From assembly GCA_963840035.1 (NCBI GenBank), contig CAWIXE010000003.1:32001-96000 (forward strand): a stretch of DNA of 64,000 bases. The letters are read 5' to 3'. Positions 27,362-37,989 of this stretch are shown one piece after another. Made by a program: the position numbers and the translations under genes. Under the pieces are notes generated by a model, which was given only the letters and a program-made list of their open reading frames with translations, ran no database searches and was not told where the DNA came from. The stretch's first letter is position 1, and every line of letters begins with the position of its first letter. Source of the stretch: a candidate division FCPU426 bacterium (GTDB lineage: Bacteria; Oederibacteriota; PGYV01; Palsa-1178).

Positions 27362-27748
27362 AATTTTTAACCGCCTTTTTTCAATTGATTGTTTTACATT
27401 AATCTGAATAAAAGTTTTGTTTCCGTTTCGTTGAATTTTTACCCCCCTGAAAGCCTGTCTTGGGGTAATATAACATGGCTTATCGGGAAAAGCAATGTTA
27501 TCCCTAAGGCCAGCTTCAAGGACTTCAAATAGCCGATATCAAGGCAGAATTGTTTCAATAAAATCGAATTACTCAGTATTATTTCGTGATCCAGCGTAGG
27601 AAAGCGCACAGGCAGGCAGGATATAATCCTGCCGCTACAATTACAAAAACCTTATTTCTTCTTGTTTACCTCAAAAACGTGTGATAAAATTAGTTATCTG
27701 GTAAAAATTGGGGCGCGTTCAGTGCGTCTCTACAAACAGGAGAAAAAC

Positions 27749-27910
27749 ATGAACAAATGGGAATGCACTGTATGCGGATACATTTATGACCCTGCAAAGG
27801 GAGACCCGGACGCAGGTGTTGTGCCGGGGACGCCTTTTGACAAGATTCCTGACACCTGGTCATGCCCTGAGTGCGGCGCTTCAAAGGCCGACTTTAAAGA
27901 ACTGAAATAA
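27749..27910 (+). CDS. rub: Rubredoxin
   Basis: [12 protein letters not shown]...[15 protein letters not shown] before ATG 27749. Confidence 0.96.
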   Translation: MNKWECTVCGYIYDPAKGDPDAGVVPGTPFDKIPDTWSCPECGASKADFKELK

Positions 27911-27914
27911 ACTG

Positions 27915-28640
27915 ATGAAAAAAGTACTTAAGCTGATATTGGCCTGCGCTTTTTTCGCGCTGGTAATATACCTGCTTAAATTCTCCCCTTACTCTTATTA
28001 CCTTTTTGACCAGACAGGCCGCTCGGAATTCATCGGCAAATTTGAGTCCTATCTTTCGCGCATGGGCATATGGGCCCCGGTGATATTCTGCGTTTTTTAT
28101 GTGGTCAGCGTCGTGTTTTTTGTGCCGGCAAGCGTGCCGTCTTCCATCGGCGGGCTGATATTCGGGCAGTGGCTGGGGCTTTTGCTGAATTACGTAAGCG
28201 CCCTGATAGGCGCCATGCTTACGCTTATCATTGTCAGGTTCCTTTTGCGCGATTTCGCGGCAAAACTGCTTACCATGGGCCACTTTAAAAAACTCGACGA
28301 CAAGGTCGGGCAAAACGGGTTTTCAGTCATTGTTTACTTAAGGCTCATGTTCGTGCCTTTCGGGTACTTAAACGCGGTATCAGGGCTCTCAAAAATATCG
28401 TTTAAGGATTTCTTCTGGGGTTCTGTCGTGGGGCTCCTGCCCGGGCTTGCGGTCATAACTTTTTTAACAGGAGCTGTAAAATCACTTTTAAAAACTTACA
28501 AGCAGCCGTCGGATTTTCTGCGGGCGGACATAATAATACCCCTTGCACTTTTCATCTTCTCTTTTTTTATACCCGCCATCATAAAGAAATTCAGGGACAG
28601 GTTTGGCGTGACAAATGCGGAAGCGGAGATAGGGGAGTAA
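27915..28640 (+). CDS. TVP38/TMEM64 (VTT/DedA superfamily) membrane protein
   Basis: GGLIFG, LRLMFVPF, FFWGSVVGLLPG. Confidence 0.85.
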   Translation: MKKVLKLILACAFFALVIYLLKFSPYSYYLFDQTGRSEFIGKFESYLSRMGIWAPVIFCVFYVVSVVFFVPASVPSSIGGLIFGQWLGLLLNYVSALIGAMLTLIIVRFLLRDFAAKLLTMGHFKKLDDKVGQNGFSVIVYLRLMFVPFGYLNAVSGLSKISFKDFFWGSVVGLLPGLAVITFLTGAVKSLLKTYKQPSDFLRADIIIPLALFIFSFFIPAIIKKFRDRFGVTNAEAEIGE

Positions 28641-28692
28641 GTACTAATTCTGAATTCTGGATTCTAAATTCTGGATTAAAAGCAGGGACGCA

Positions 28693-29418
28693 ATGATAAA
28701 ACTTACAGACCTTAAAAAGGATTACGGAGATTTTACCGCTGTTAAAAACCTTAACCTCGAGATAAAAAAAGGCGATGTGTTCGGGTTTCTGGGGCCCAAC
28801 GGCGCGGGGAAAACATCCACCATTAAAATGATGTGCGGGCTTACTTCCATAACCTCGGGCGACGCTCAGATAGACGGCATATCCATCCTGAAAGACCCGG
28901 TGGGTTACAAGAGACAGTTCGCCCTTATTCCGGATAAACCCTACATGTTCGAAAAATTGCGCGGCATTGAATACATGGAATTCATAGCAAACCTTTATGA
29001 CGTAAAAAAAGAGCGGTATAAGGAACTCCTGAACAAATACGCGCCTATTTTCGGCGTAGATGAATATGTCAATGACTTCATAGAGAGCTATTCCCACGGG
29101 ATGAGCCAAAAACTGCTCATCGTCGCCTCCCTTATTCATACACCCAAGGTATTCATATTGGACGAGCCCATGGTCGGGCTTGACCCGAAATCCATGAAAA
29201 CCCTGCGCCACGAGTTCAAAAAGCTCGGAAAAGAGGGGATGACCGTTTTCATGTCCACACATTCGCTTGATACGGCCGAGGAGGTATGCTCCACGGTGGG
29301 AATCATCGACAGGGGGGTGCTGCTGGAATCCGGAAATATAAAGCAGATAAAGAAAAAAAGGAAGAGCAGAAAACTTGAGGATATATTCTTCAAACTTACC
29401 GAACCGGGAGTAAAATGA
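28693..29418 (+). CDS. ABC transporter ATP-binding protein
   Basis: GPNGAGKTS, YSHGM, ILDEPMVGLDP, STH. Confidence 0.95.
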   Translation: MIKLTDLKKDYGDFTAVKNLNLEIKKGDVFGFLGPNGAGKTSTIKMMCGLTSITSGDAQIDGISILKDPVGYKRQFALIPDKPYMFEKLRGIEYMEFIANLYDVKKERYKELLNKYAPIFGVDEYVNDFIESYSHGMSQKLLIVASLIHTPKVFILDEPMVGLDPKSMKTLRHEFKKLGKEGMTVFMSTHSLDTAEEVCSTVGIIDRGVLLESGNIKQIKKKRKSRKLEDIFFKLTEPGVK

Positions 29419-31064
29419 GGGATAACGCGTGGCTCAACAGGTTTTATTTCACGCAGTTTATAAATAAGCTCTTAAACCCGACAAAAGAGGGGCTGATAAA
29501 ATCGTTCCTTGTCCTTTTATTCGCCGCCGGATTTTTTCCCATAGTCTATCAGCTCTTTTTCTTCATCTTCAAGCACTTCTATTCCGTGCCATTTATCGGC
29601 GGGCTTTTGGTCAGCAAACTCTTATACACGTTTTTCCTGACATTCTCTGTAATGATAATCCTTTCCTCGGTCGTATCGGCCATCCCGATACTATACTTAA
29701 GCCGCGACATGGATTTCCTTTTTTCATCGCCCATCAAGGTGGAATCGGTATTCGCCTCCCAGGCGCTTAAGATCATAGCGGGCGCGAGCTGGATGATACT
29801 CTTAATGAGCCTGCCCATATTCGCCGCTTACGCGAAGGTGCTGAAAATCGGGCTGGACCAGTACCTGTTCATCATAATAGCGCACGTCCCGTTTTTCATC
29901 ATACTGGCCTGCATCGGAATCGTCCTTACCATAGTGCTTGTCCGATATTTCCCGGCTGAAAATGTCCGCAATATCGCGCTGGCTTTAAGCGGAATATTTG
30001 TGGTCATATTTGTCATATACTTCAGGATGCTCCAGCCTGAAAAACTCTCCGGCTCAAGTTTTGTGGAGGTGAATTCCTTCATACAGAATTTAAGGACGCC
30101 TGAGTCGCCGTGGCTGCCGCATACCCAGTTCGTCAGGCTCATTGAAAAGATATCCGCGAGCGGCATATACGCCGGCATTGGCCCGTTCCTGTATTTTCTG
30201 TCCGCAAGCTTTATCATCCTGGCGCTGGTGCTTAAAGCGTCCGGTTCCCTGTATTTTGAGGGCTATGGAAGGAAAGGCGCTTACATAAAACAAAAGCCCT
30301 TGGCAGAGGCGTATGAGTATAAAAAGAAACTTAAATTTTTGTCCCAGATGGATAAGGACTTTAAATACCTGGTGCGCGACACATCGCAGTGGATACAGCT
30401 GGTTTTTCTCACGGGCATTGTCTTCATATACCTTTTCAACCTGTATAAACTGCCTTCCGAACTTTACGGCCTTAAGGATTTCATATTCTTCCTGAACATA
30501 GGGTTCATAGGCATGGTGTTATCCGCCGTGGGAGCTAGGTTCGTCCTGCCGGTGATTTCAACCGAGGGGAAGGGGTTCTGGATATTTAAGACGGCGCCCA
30601 TGTCCATGGAGCAGTTTGTCATGTACAAATTCATAGTATACAGCCTGCCGCTTGTCATAACCGGGCAGATTGTGGCATTCATATCGGTGAGTATGCTAAA
30701 GCCGGGGGCGTTCATCGACATCCTGACGTTCTTTTCCACTTTTTTTATAACCATAGTAATATCCTCGGTGGGAATAGGCTTCGGGGCGTATTTCGCCAAT
30801 TTTAACATAAAAAACCCCGAGGACCTGATAACCGGGGTGGCAGGGCTTGCTTACATGTTCGTTTCCTTCCTGTTCGTGGCGCTGGTGCTTTTCATAGAGG
30901 CGGGCATAGTAAAGGATTATTATATGTCCAGGCTGGTTAAGGCATATGCCTTTAAACCCTGGTCTTATACGGTTAATTTTCTTCTGATATTTCTGGCCGC
31001 CATAATAATATCGTCAGCTGCCATATGGGCCGGCATACGCAAACTAAAGAGGATGGAAATATAG
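29415..31064 (+). CDS. ABC-2-type exporter permease (multi-TM)
   Basis: Many TM helices, DFLFSSP, ISTEGKGFWIFKTAP; ATGA overlap with the ATPase gene. Confidence 0.82.
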   Translation: MRDNAWLNRFYFTQFINKLLNPTKEGLIKSFLVLLFAAGFFPIVYQLFFFIFKHFYSVPFIGGLLVSKLLYTFFLTFSVMIILSSVVSAIPILYLSRDMDFLFSSPIKVESVFASQALKIIAGASWMILLMSLPIFAAYAKVLKIGLDQYLFIIIAHVPFFIILACIGIVLTIVLVRYFPAENVRNIALALSGIFVVIFVIYFRMLQPEKLSGSSFVEVNSFIQNLRTPESPWLPHTQFVRLIEKISASGIYAGIGPFLYFLSASFIILALVLKASGSLYFEGYGRKGAYIKQKPLAEAYEYKKKLKFLSQMDKDFKYLVRDTSQWIQLVFLTGIVFIYLFNLYKLPSELYGLKDFIFFLNIGFIGMVLSAVGARFVLPVISTEGKGFWIFKTAPMSMEQFVMYKFIVYSLPLVITGQIVAFISVSMLKPGAFIDILTFFSTFFITIVISSVGIGFGAYFANFNIKNPEDLITGVAGLAYMFVSFLFVALVLFIEAGIVKDYYMSRLVKAYAFKPWSYTVNFLLIFLAAIIISSAAIWAGIRKLKRMEI

Positions 31065-31130
31065 CTGTCAGCGCGGTTAAAATCAGCGACGGACTTTGCG
31101 GGGCTGGTTTAACTGAGCCGCGGCAATAAT

Positions 31131-32711
31131 ATGAAAAGGGGATTTAATTTGGAAAAACACGGGGTCTTAAGGTATTTTCTGGACAGGAAATATGAAATAG
31201 CTTTTTTTTCGGCGCTTGCGGTATTCTTGCTGAATTGCGCCAGATATTCCGCCGGGCTTAACCTGTGGGGCGACGAGGCTTTTTATATGGGCCTCGCATC
31301 CTCAAGTTTCGGGGATATAATGAAAAACATCACGAACCATTCGCCGGTTTACCCGTTTTTTCTGAAGCTGGTTATTTCGGTTGCCGGCGCCTCCTTTAAG
31401 TCGGAGGTCATCGTGCGCATGGTACACGCCGTTATTTTCGCGGGAGGGCTGTGTTTCGGATACGCCTCGCTTAAGGCTGTTTTCGGACGCGGATGGATGC
31501 CGGTGCTGGCGGCTTTGTACGCCATGTTAATACCCGGCTATATGTTTTACGCCACCAATATAAAGATGTACTCGCTTACCTTCCTTTTTTCCATGTGGGT
31601 CATTTACGCGGTACTGCGCCTTATAATCGCGGAAAAGGGTTTTTCCGCGAAAAAAAACTGGGACATACCGCTGGCGGGTTTTTTACTGATAATTTCGGAC
31701 TATACGGGGCTGCTCTATTATTTTATGGCAGCCGTGTTTGTTTTATTAAAAACGGGGAATAAAAAGTCAATACTTCCGGCGGCAGCCGTGCTTTCAGCGC
31801 CGCTTGTGCTCGTGGCGCTGCTTATGGGGCCGGGTTTTTTTGCCTCTATCGGGGTGATAATGCAATTAGTCACAGACTGGCTGCAGAGGAGCATTCACGG
31901 GAAGGGCGGCACGTTCGCGCTGGCTTCAGGGTTGTTTTTTAAGGCGGGCCGCCCATTTTTTGAATTATCGGATATATCTTTTACTTTTGCAGTATTCCCC
32001 GCAACGCAGCTGATTTTTGACGGGATATTCCTTCTTGCCGGGACCCTGTATATTATTAAGGAAATGAGGGAGAAAAGCAGATATATCGCGGCGGCGCTGA
32101 TTTTGGCGTCCGCTTTCCTCTGGCTTGCTACGTCAATTACAGGTTCCGCGCTTACCCGCGTTTTTCTGCCGTCCCAGTTTTTTATGGGCGCTGTTATTAT
32201 CCATGCCTTATTCAGGTTTAATATACCGCGTCCCCTGAAGTACGCGGGGTACGTGATGATAACAGGTTTTAATATTTTCCTGTTCCTCATGCCGGCTTAC
32301 CATTTAAGCTCTATAATACCATACAGGCAGATAGCCGCGGCTGCGGTTGCCGAAGCAAAAAATTACGGAACAGACAAAGTGCTGCTATCCTATAACACGT
32401 TAAACAGCGTTTCCGTATACCGGTATATCTCAAATGAGGAAAAAGGCGGAGGGCTGAAAATAACCTTTGTGGGCCCGGATTTCACAAAAAATGAGGCGCC
32501 GCGGGGGAAATTTATTTTTCTTTCATTCATGGGGGAGGACAATAAATTTGTTGATAAAAGCAGGTTCATAAGCGGGGGATACAGCCGCCGCCTAATGCCG
32601 GTAAAAAACTTTGTAAAGCTTGAGGATTTGCCGTATAATAAATTCTGGAAGAACCATTTTCAAAATAACGCAATGCAGGAATATGCATGTATTGTGTATG
32701 ACGCGGAGTGA
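31131..32711 (+). CDS. GT-C (ArnT/PMT-like) membrane glycosyltransferase, putative
   Basis: LWGDEAF after the first TM, HSPVY, KMYSL; many TMs; upstream of a GT4 gene. Confidence 0.65.
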   Translation: MKRGFNLEKHGVLRYFLDRKYEIAFFSALAVFLLNCARYSAGLNLWGDEAFYMGLASSSFGDIMKNITNHSPVYPFFLKLVISVAGASFKSEVIVRMVHAVIFAGGLCFGYASLKAVFGRGWMPVLAALYAMLIPGYMFYATNIKMYSLTFLFSMWVIYAVLRLIIAEKGFSAKKNWDIPLAGFLLIISDYTGLLYYFMAAVFVLLKTGNKKSILPAAAVLSAPLVLVALLMGPGFFASIGVIMQLVTDWLQRSIHGKGGTFALASGLFFKAGRPFFELSDISFTFAVFPATQLIFDGIFLLAGTLYIIKEMREKSRYIAAALILASAFLWLATSITGSALTRVFLPSQFFMGAVIIHALFRFNIPRPLKYAGYVMITGFNIFLFLMPAYHLSSIIPYRQIAAAAVAEAKNYGTDKVLLSYNTLNSVSVYRYISNEEKGGGLKITFVGPDFTKNEAPRGKFIFLSFMGEDNKFVDKSRFISGGYSRRLMPVKNFVKLEDLPYNKFWKNHFQNNAMQEYACIVYDAE

Positions 32712-32713
32712 CC

Positions 32714-33859
32714 ATGGACATAAAAGGCAAATACATAGTTGAAGCAGGCCACGTGACGGAAGTATACGGGCCCGTGCAGGCACTCAGAAATTACCTCATA
32801 AAGAAAAAAGCGGATTTTGACTATATCACCCACCCTTTTTCTTACTCGAAGCTTGAATCTACGGCGGTGGACCATTATAAAGATGGCATACTGACAGGAA
32901 CAGGCAGGGGGCATGCCCGCATGTCAAATCAGGTCCTGCAGTGGGTTAAAGACGTTTTTTTTAACATAGGGTTTTTCGTTTCATCCAAGAGGAAAGTAGA
33001 CCTTTTTGTAGGGGTCGACAACTTAAACGCCGTTACCGGGATAATAATGAAAGCGTTCGGGAAAGTCGATAAAGTGGCTTACTATATCATAGACCATATG
33101 GACAGGCGTTTTAAAAACCCCGTTATAAACTGGTTTTATGAGGCCATAGACCATATGGCCTGCTCGGGTTCGGATTATGTGTGGTCGCTCTCAAAAAGGA
33201 TGGCGGACGCGAAAATAAAAAAATACCGTTTAAAGCCTGAAAAGAACTATGTGGTGCCCGTGGGCGTAGAGCTTGACAGGGTGGATAAATTCACCGTGGA
33301 GGAAAAGCTGGCAAAAAAGTCCCTTGTGCTGATGTCCATGTTAGACGAGACAAAAGGGGTGCAGCTGCTTGTGGAAGCCATGCAGGATATAATAAAGGAA
33401 GAGCCCCTGGCGCAGCTTCTGATAATCGGCACAGGACCGTATGAGCCAAACTTAAAGGCGCAGACAAAATCCTTAAACCTGGAAAAAAGCGTAAAATTCC
33501 TGGGGCTGATGAACCATGAAGAGCTCTTCAGATTCATACCGCACGAGCGCGTCAGCGTGGCGCCGTACATGGACGACCCGAATAACTACACATATTACGC
33601 CGACCCGACAAAGCCCAAGGAATACCTGGGTTGCGGCCTGCCCATGGTAATCACGGATGTCCCGTGGATTGCCGAAGAAGTGGCAAAAAGGCCCATGGGT
33701 GTGGTGTGTAAATACAGGCGGGGAGAACTCGCAGCCGCTTGTTTAAAGCTTTTAAAGGACGATGCTTTTTATAAGGTATGCCTAAAGAACGCGCTGGAAT
33801 TCGCTTCCACTCTTAATTGGGACGGGATATATGATGAGGTTTTTTTAAGGATGAAATAG
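32714..33859 (+). CDS. GT4-family glycosyltransferase
   Basis: VPVGV, KGVQLL, IIGTGP, KPKEYLGCGLPMVITD. Confidence 0.88.
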   Translation: MDIKGKYIVEAGHVTEVYGPVQALRNYLIKKKADFDYITHPFSYSKLESTAVDHYKDGILTGTGRGHARMSNQVLQWVKDVFFNIGFFVSSKRKVDLFVGVDNLNAVTGIIMKAFGKVDKVAYYIIDHMDRRFKNPVINWFYEAIDHMACSGSDYVWSLSKRMADAKIKKYRLKPEKNYVVPVGVELDRVDKFTVEEKLAKKSLVLMSMLDETKGVQLLVEAMQDIIKEEPLAQLLIIGTGPYEPNLKAQTKSLNLEKSVKFLGLMNHEELFRFIPHERVSVAPYMDDPNNYTYYADPTKPKEYLGCGLPMVITDVPWIAEEVAKRPMGVVCKYRRGELAAACLKLLKDDAFYKVCLKNALEFASTLNWDGIYDEVFLRMK

Positions 33860-33944
33860 TAAATTACTAATTACAAATTACTAATGACTAATAAAAGGCA
33901 AAAGTATATAATGGCAATAATATATTATCAGGAGGTTTCATGAT

Positions 33945-35006
33945 ATGGCTAAATTAATCGTAACCGGCGGATGCGGATTTTTAGGGTTTCATGTCTGCAA
34001 AAAACTTTCTAAAAAATACTCGAAAATACTTGTGGTGGATATTGACGAATTCAGGAAAGGCGACTACGCGAAGAATGTCGAGTATGTAAAGCTTGATGTG
34101 CGCGACCTTGAAGGGCTGAAAAAGGCTTTTAAAGGCTATGACGCTGTTGTGAACGCGGCAGCGGCACTGCCTCTTTGGAAAGCTTCTGATATATATTCCA
34201 CAAACGTTGACGGCATGAGAAATGTGCTGGAAGCGGCAAAAGCCAACAAAATAAAAAGGGTCGTACAGATAAGCTCCACTGCCGTTTATGGTGTACCTGA
34301 CCATCACCCTTTATTTGAAACAGACGAACTCGTAGGAGTAGGCCCGTACGGCGAGACCAAGATAACAGCTGAAAAGATATGCGAAGAATACAGAAAAAAG
34401 GGGCTGATAGTGCCGGTTGTAAGGCCAAAGACCTTTATCGGGACCGAAAGGCTCGGCGTCTTCCAGATACTTTATGACTGGGTCGAGGCAGGCGCGCTTA
34501 TACCGACTATCGGCAACGGCAGGAACAGGTACCAGCTGCTTGAAGTGGAGGACCTTGTTGACGCTATCACGCTTTGTCTTAACAAACCGGCAAAGGTTGC
34601 CAATGATACGTTCAACATAGGTGCCAAGAACACCAAACCAATAGAGGAATACTTAACAGAGTTCTTTAAATTTGTAAAAAGCAAATCAAGCGTCATGAAG
34701 ACACCCGCAGGGCCGCTTATATTCCTCCTGGAGATATTCTGGATGCTGCGCATATCACCCCTGTATAAGTGGGTTTACGGCACCGCGCATAAGGATTCTT
34801 TTGTCTCAATAGAAAAAGCCGAAAAAAAGCTGGGCTGGAAGCCGAAATTTACAGAAGCACAGGCTTTAGAACACGCGTATCTCTGGTATAAAAAGCATGA
34901 GAATGAGGTAAAAGGCGCATCCGGTGTAACACACAGGGTGCCGTGGAAGCAGGGGATACTGGCGCCGTTTAAGGCGATAGCGGTGTGGCTGAATCCTAAT
35001 AAGTAA
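33945..35006 (+). CDS. NAD-dependent epimerase/dehydratase (extended SDR)
   Basis: VTGGCGFLG, SSTAVYG, YGETK. Confidence 0.9.
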   Translation: MAKLIVTGGCGFLGFHVCKKLSKKYSKILVVDIDEFRKGDYAKNVEYVKLDVRDLEGLKKAFKGYDAVVNAAAALPLWKASDIYSTNVDGMRNVLEAAKANKIKRVVQISSTAVYGVPDHHPLFETDELVGVGPYGETKITAEKICEEYRKKGLIVPVVRPKTFIGTERLGVFQILYDWVEAGALIPTIGNGRNRYQLLEVEDLVDAITLCLNKPAKVANDTFNIGAKNTKPIEEYLTEFFKFVKSKSSVMKTPAGPLIFLLEIFWMLRISPLYKWVYGTAHKDSFVSIEKAEKKLGWKPKFTEAQALEHAYLWYKKHENEVKGASGVTHRVPWKQGILAPFKAIAVWLNPNK

Positions 35007-35009
35007 TTA

Positions 35010-35119
35010 ATTTTCGATTTTATATTTTCAATTTTCAATTGAAGGCATAAAGGGCGTGTAAAAGCGCCCTTTTGCCTTTTTAATGTTAAATTGAAAATTC
35101 TTAATTGAAAATTGAAAAT
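35010..35119. terminator. Terminator hairpin enclosed by ATTTTCA/TGAAAAT 7-mer arms
   Basis: aggcataaagggcg-tgtaaaag-cgcccttttgcct followed by a T-run; flanking heptamer arms. Confidence 0.65.
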
Positions 35120-35138
35120 CCGTTTTAATTCTAACCAT

Positions 35139-35168
35139 TTGACAACACCCCCTGCCCTGTATTATAAT
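35139..35168 (+). promoter_or_regulatory. sigma70-type promoter
   Basis: TTGACA-N18-TATAAT upstream of the TPR gene. Confidence 0.6.
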
Positions 35169-35256
35169 CATACGAAGCACATTGTTTCATTATATTTTCC
35201 GTATTTACGTCTTTATATGTAATATATTTTAGCAAATTCGGGAATAAAGAGGGTTT

Positions 35257-37887
35257 ATGGCAGAGAATAAAAAAGACATCCTAAAGATGGCTATGATTTA
35301 TACCCAGGAAGGGCGCTGGGATAAAGCCGTTGGCGAGTATAAGAAACTGCTCACCCTGGATCCCACGGATTATAACATTCATAATATGCTGGGCGATGTT
35401 TATTCAAAAAAGGAAGAGGACGCCCTCGCTTACCAGTCATACATAATGGCGGCTGAAGCCTATGCCAAGCAGGGGCTCGGCGATAAGGCTGCCATAATAT
35501 ACAAGAAAATAGGCAAGTTAAACGCGGATAAGCTTCCTGAGGCTGATAAGCAGAAGGCTATCCTGATAAAAAGAAATACCGTGGCCGAGAAACTCATAGA
35601 AGAGGGGCAGATAGACAAGGCCATAGAGGAATATAAGGAAATACTCAAAATTAACCCGGCTAATTTTGACACCTACCAGAAGCTGGGGGAACTTTTTTCC
35701 CAGAAAGGCGACCAGAAGGAAGCCTTAAGCTATTATAAAAAGATAGTGGACGTTTATTTTAAAAACCGACTTTATAAAAAAGCCCTTCCCATATACCAGA
35801 AGATACTCGAAATGCAGCCTGATTCTATTGCCACCCGCGAAAAGATAGCCGAGATATATGAGCGCGAGGGAAATGAGACGGACGCAAAAAGGGAGTACCT
35901 GTTCCTTTGCGAATTTTACTGGAAAGAAAAGAATATGGAAAAGACGGAGTTCTTCTCCCAGAAAGCCATTGAGTTCAAATCCATAGAAGCGCATTTCTTT
36001 AAAGGCGCGGCACTGGCCATGAAAAAGGACTACGCCGAGGCGAAAAAAGAGATGGACATGCTGCTTAAATTCAAGGCGAACCATTCAGGCGCGCTTATGA
36101 TAGTGGCGGAAATACAAAGGGACACGAACGCCGTAGATGACGCCATAACCACCCTTGCAAAAGTAACAAAAGCGGATATTGAGAATACGGACGCCTACAT
36201 ACTGCTCGGGGAAATATACACTAAGAAATCGCTGAAAAAGGAAGCTGAGACCAGTTTCTTGACAGCCGTGAACATATTCAGCAAAAAACATGAAAATGAA
36301 AAGGCACTTGGCCTGCTGAGAAAAGTCCTTGAACAGGACCCGGAAAGCATTAATGTCATACAGAAAATGGCAGAGCTGAACCTGCAGACAGGTAAGAAAA
36401 GGGAAGCAGCCGACGCGTATCTTAAGATATCTGAAATATATAAAAAGGAAAACATGGCTGATAAGGCGCAGGAATTTTACAAGCTTGCGCAGGAAAATGA
36501 CCCGGGAAACTCCACCATAGTGGACAACGCGAAGAAAACAGGGTCGGCTCCGGCCAAAGCGCCTGAACCGGCAAAGCCCGCGCCGCTGCCTGAAATAAAA
36601 GCAGCCCCGGAAAAACCAGCGGCCATGCCGCCAATGGATACTGTCAAGCCGGCGCCGCTTCCGCCTGTAGATACCGTGAAACCCGGGCCGGCAAAGCCGG
36701 CGGACACTGTAAAAACCGCGCCTATGGCCCCGATTGATACTGTAAAGCCGGCGCCGCCGCAGCAGGGCGCGCCTGCTCCTAAACAGGAGCAGACTGAACC
36801 TGCTTTAAAGATACAAAGGGGAATGTTCTACGACATGAGTTCGACGCCGACGCCTTCAAAACAGGCCGCGCCTAATGTCCCGCCTCCCCAGCCGCCGGCT
36901 CAAAAACCGCCTGTAAAGCAGGAACCGCCGGCTTTCTTGGACTCGCTTCCTGACCTGGGCGACATTAAATTTGATGTCCCGCCGGTTTCAAAAAAGCAGG
37001 AAGCGCCGCCACCGCCACCTCCTCCTAAAAGGATGGAAATGGAGCCGCTGCCGGAGTTTGACCTGAATTCAAAGAAGAAACCTTCTGACCAGATTAAAGA
37101 AATGGAAGACGCGATGGGATTTGACACTTCGCTGTCCATGACGCAGTCAAAAGAAGATGTGCCATCAATGATAGCAATGGGTGACAGCCTGGTCAAGACC
37201 GGGTCGTTTGATGAGGCCATAGAGATGTACCAGAAGGCTTTATCACTGGACCCGAATAACGATACTATAAAGAACAAATTAAACATGGCATATTCCAAGT
37301 ACGCCGGGGTGCCCATGCCGGATCCTGCGGCAAAAGAGGCGGAAAGGAAAAGAAAAGAAGAAGAGGAAAGAAAAAGGAATGAAGAGGAAGAAAAGAAAAA
37401 GAAGGAACTTGAAGCAAGGGAAGCCGCGGCAAAAGACGCTGCGGTAAAAAACGCCGCCGCAAAGGATACCGCGGACAGGGAATCGGCAAAGAAAAAAGAA
37501 GAAGAGGACAGGAAGAAAAAGGAAGAGGAAGAACGCAAAAAGAAGGATGAAGAGGCGAGGAAAAAGAAGGATGATGAGGAAAAGAGGAAGCGCGAAGACG
37601 AGGAAAAAAGAAAACAGGCCGAAGAAGAGGCCATAGAAGAGCCGGAGATAAGCGAGGATTTTGTGACAGTCACTACGGCTGAGATATTCATGAAACAGGG
37701 GCTTTTAACCGAAGCCGAGAAGATACTCAATAAAATACTTGGCAAGGAACCCGATAATATGGAAGCTCGCATGCGCTTAAATGAACTCAAAAAGCTCCTG
37801 GTGGAATTCGGCGAGGAAGAAAAAAAGCCGGCGCCCGGGCCCGATGAAGACAAAGGCCCGAAGGGGAGTAAGGTCTCGTACATCTAA
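35257..37887 (+). CDS. Large cytoplasmic TPR protein with Pro-rich and E/K/R-rich regions
   Basis: Many TPRs in the N-terminal half, DTVK repeats, charged helix, C-terminal TTAEIFMKQG TPR-like motif; no signal peptide. Confidence 0.85.
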   Translation: MAENKKDILKMAMIYTQEGRWDKAVGEYKKLLTLDPTDYNIHNMLGDVYSKKEEDALAYQSYIMAAEAYAKQGLGDKAAIIYKKIGKLNADKLPEADKQKAILIKRNTVAEKLIEEGQIDKAIEEYKEILKINPANFDTYQKLGELFSQKGDQKEALSYYKKIVDVYFKNRLYKKALPIYQKILEMQPDSIATREKIAEIYEREGNETDAKREYLFLCEFYWKEKNMEKTEFFSQKAIEFKSIEAHFFKGAALAMKKDYAEAKKEMDMLLKFKANHSGALMIVAEIQRDTNAVDDAITTLAKVTKADIENTDAYILLGEIYTKKSLKKEAETSFLTAVNIFSKKHENEKALGLLRKVLEQDPESINVIQKMAELNLQTGKKREAADAYLKISEIYKKENMADKAQEFYKLAQENDPGNSTIVDNAKKTGSAPAKAPEPAKPAPLPEIKAAPEKPAAMPPMDTVKPAPLPPVDTVKPGPAKPADTVKTAPMAPIDTVKPAPPQQGAPAPKQEQTEPALKIQRGMFYDMSSTPTPSKQAAPNVPPPQPPAQKPPVKQEPPAFLDSLPDLGDIKFDVPPVSKKQEAPPPPPPPKRMEMEPLPEFDLNSKKKPSDQIKEMEDAMGFDTSLSMTQSKEDVPSMIAMGDSLVKTGSFDEAIEMYQKALSLDPNNDTIKNKLNMAYSKYAGVPMPDPAAKEAERKRKEEEERKRNEEEEKKKKELEAREAAAKDAAVKNAAAKDTADRESAKKKEEEDRKKKEEEERKKKDEEARKKKDDEEKRKREDEEKRKQAEEEAIEEPEISEDFVTVTTAEIFMKQGLLTEAEKILNKILGKEPDNMEARMRLNELKKLLVEFGEEEKKPAPGPDEDKGPKGSKVSYI

Positions 37888-37975
37888 TTTTATATTTTCA
37901 ATTTTAAATTTTAAATTGAAGAATAAACATGACTGGCATTTAATTGAAAATCGAAAATTCATAATTTAAAATTGA
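37887..37975. repeat. Inverted tandem-heptamer element (ATTTTCA/TGAAAAT unit)
   Basis: ttttatattttcaattttaaattttaaatt ... aattgaaaatcgaaaattcataatttaaaatt. Confidence 0.65.
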
Positions 37976-37989
37976 CCTTGAGGTGTTCC

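Noticed and set aside
36900..37883. 327-aa Ser/Phe-rich minus-strand ORF
   Set aside because: Antisense of the E/K-rich TPR gene
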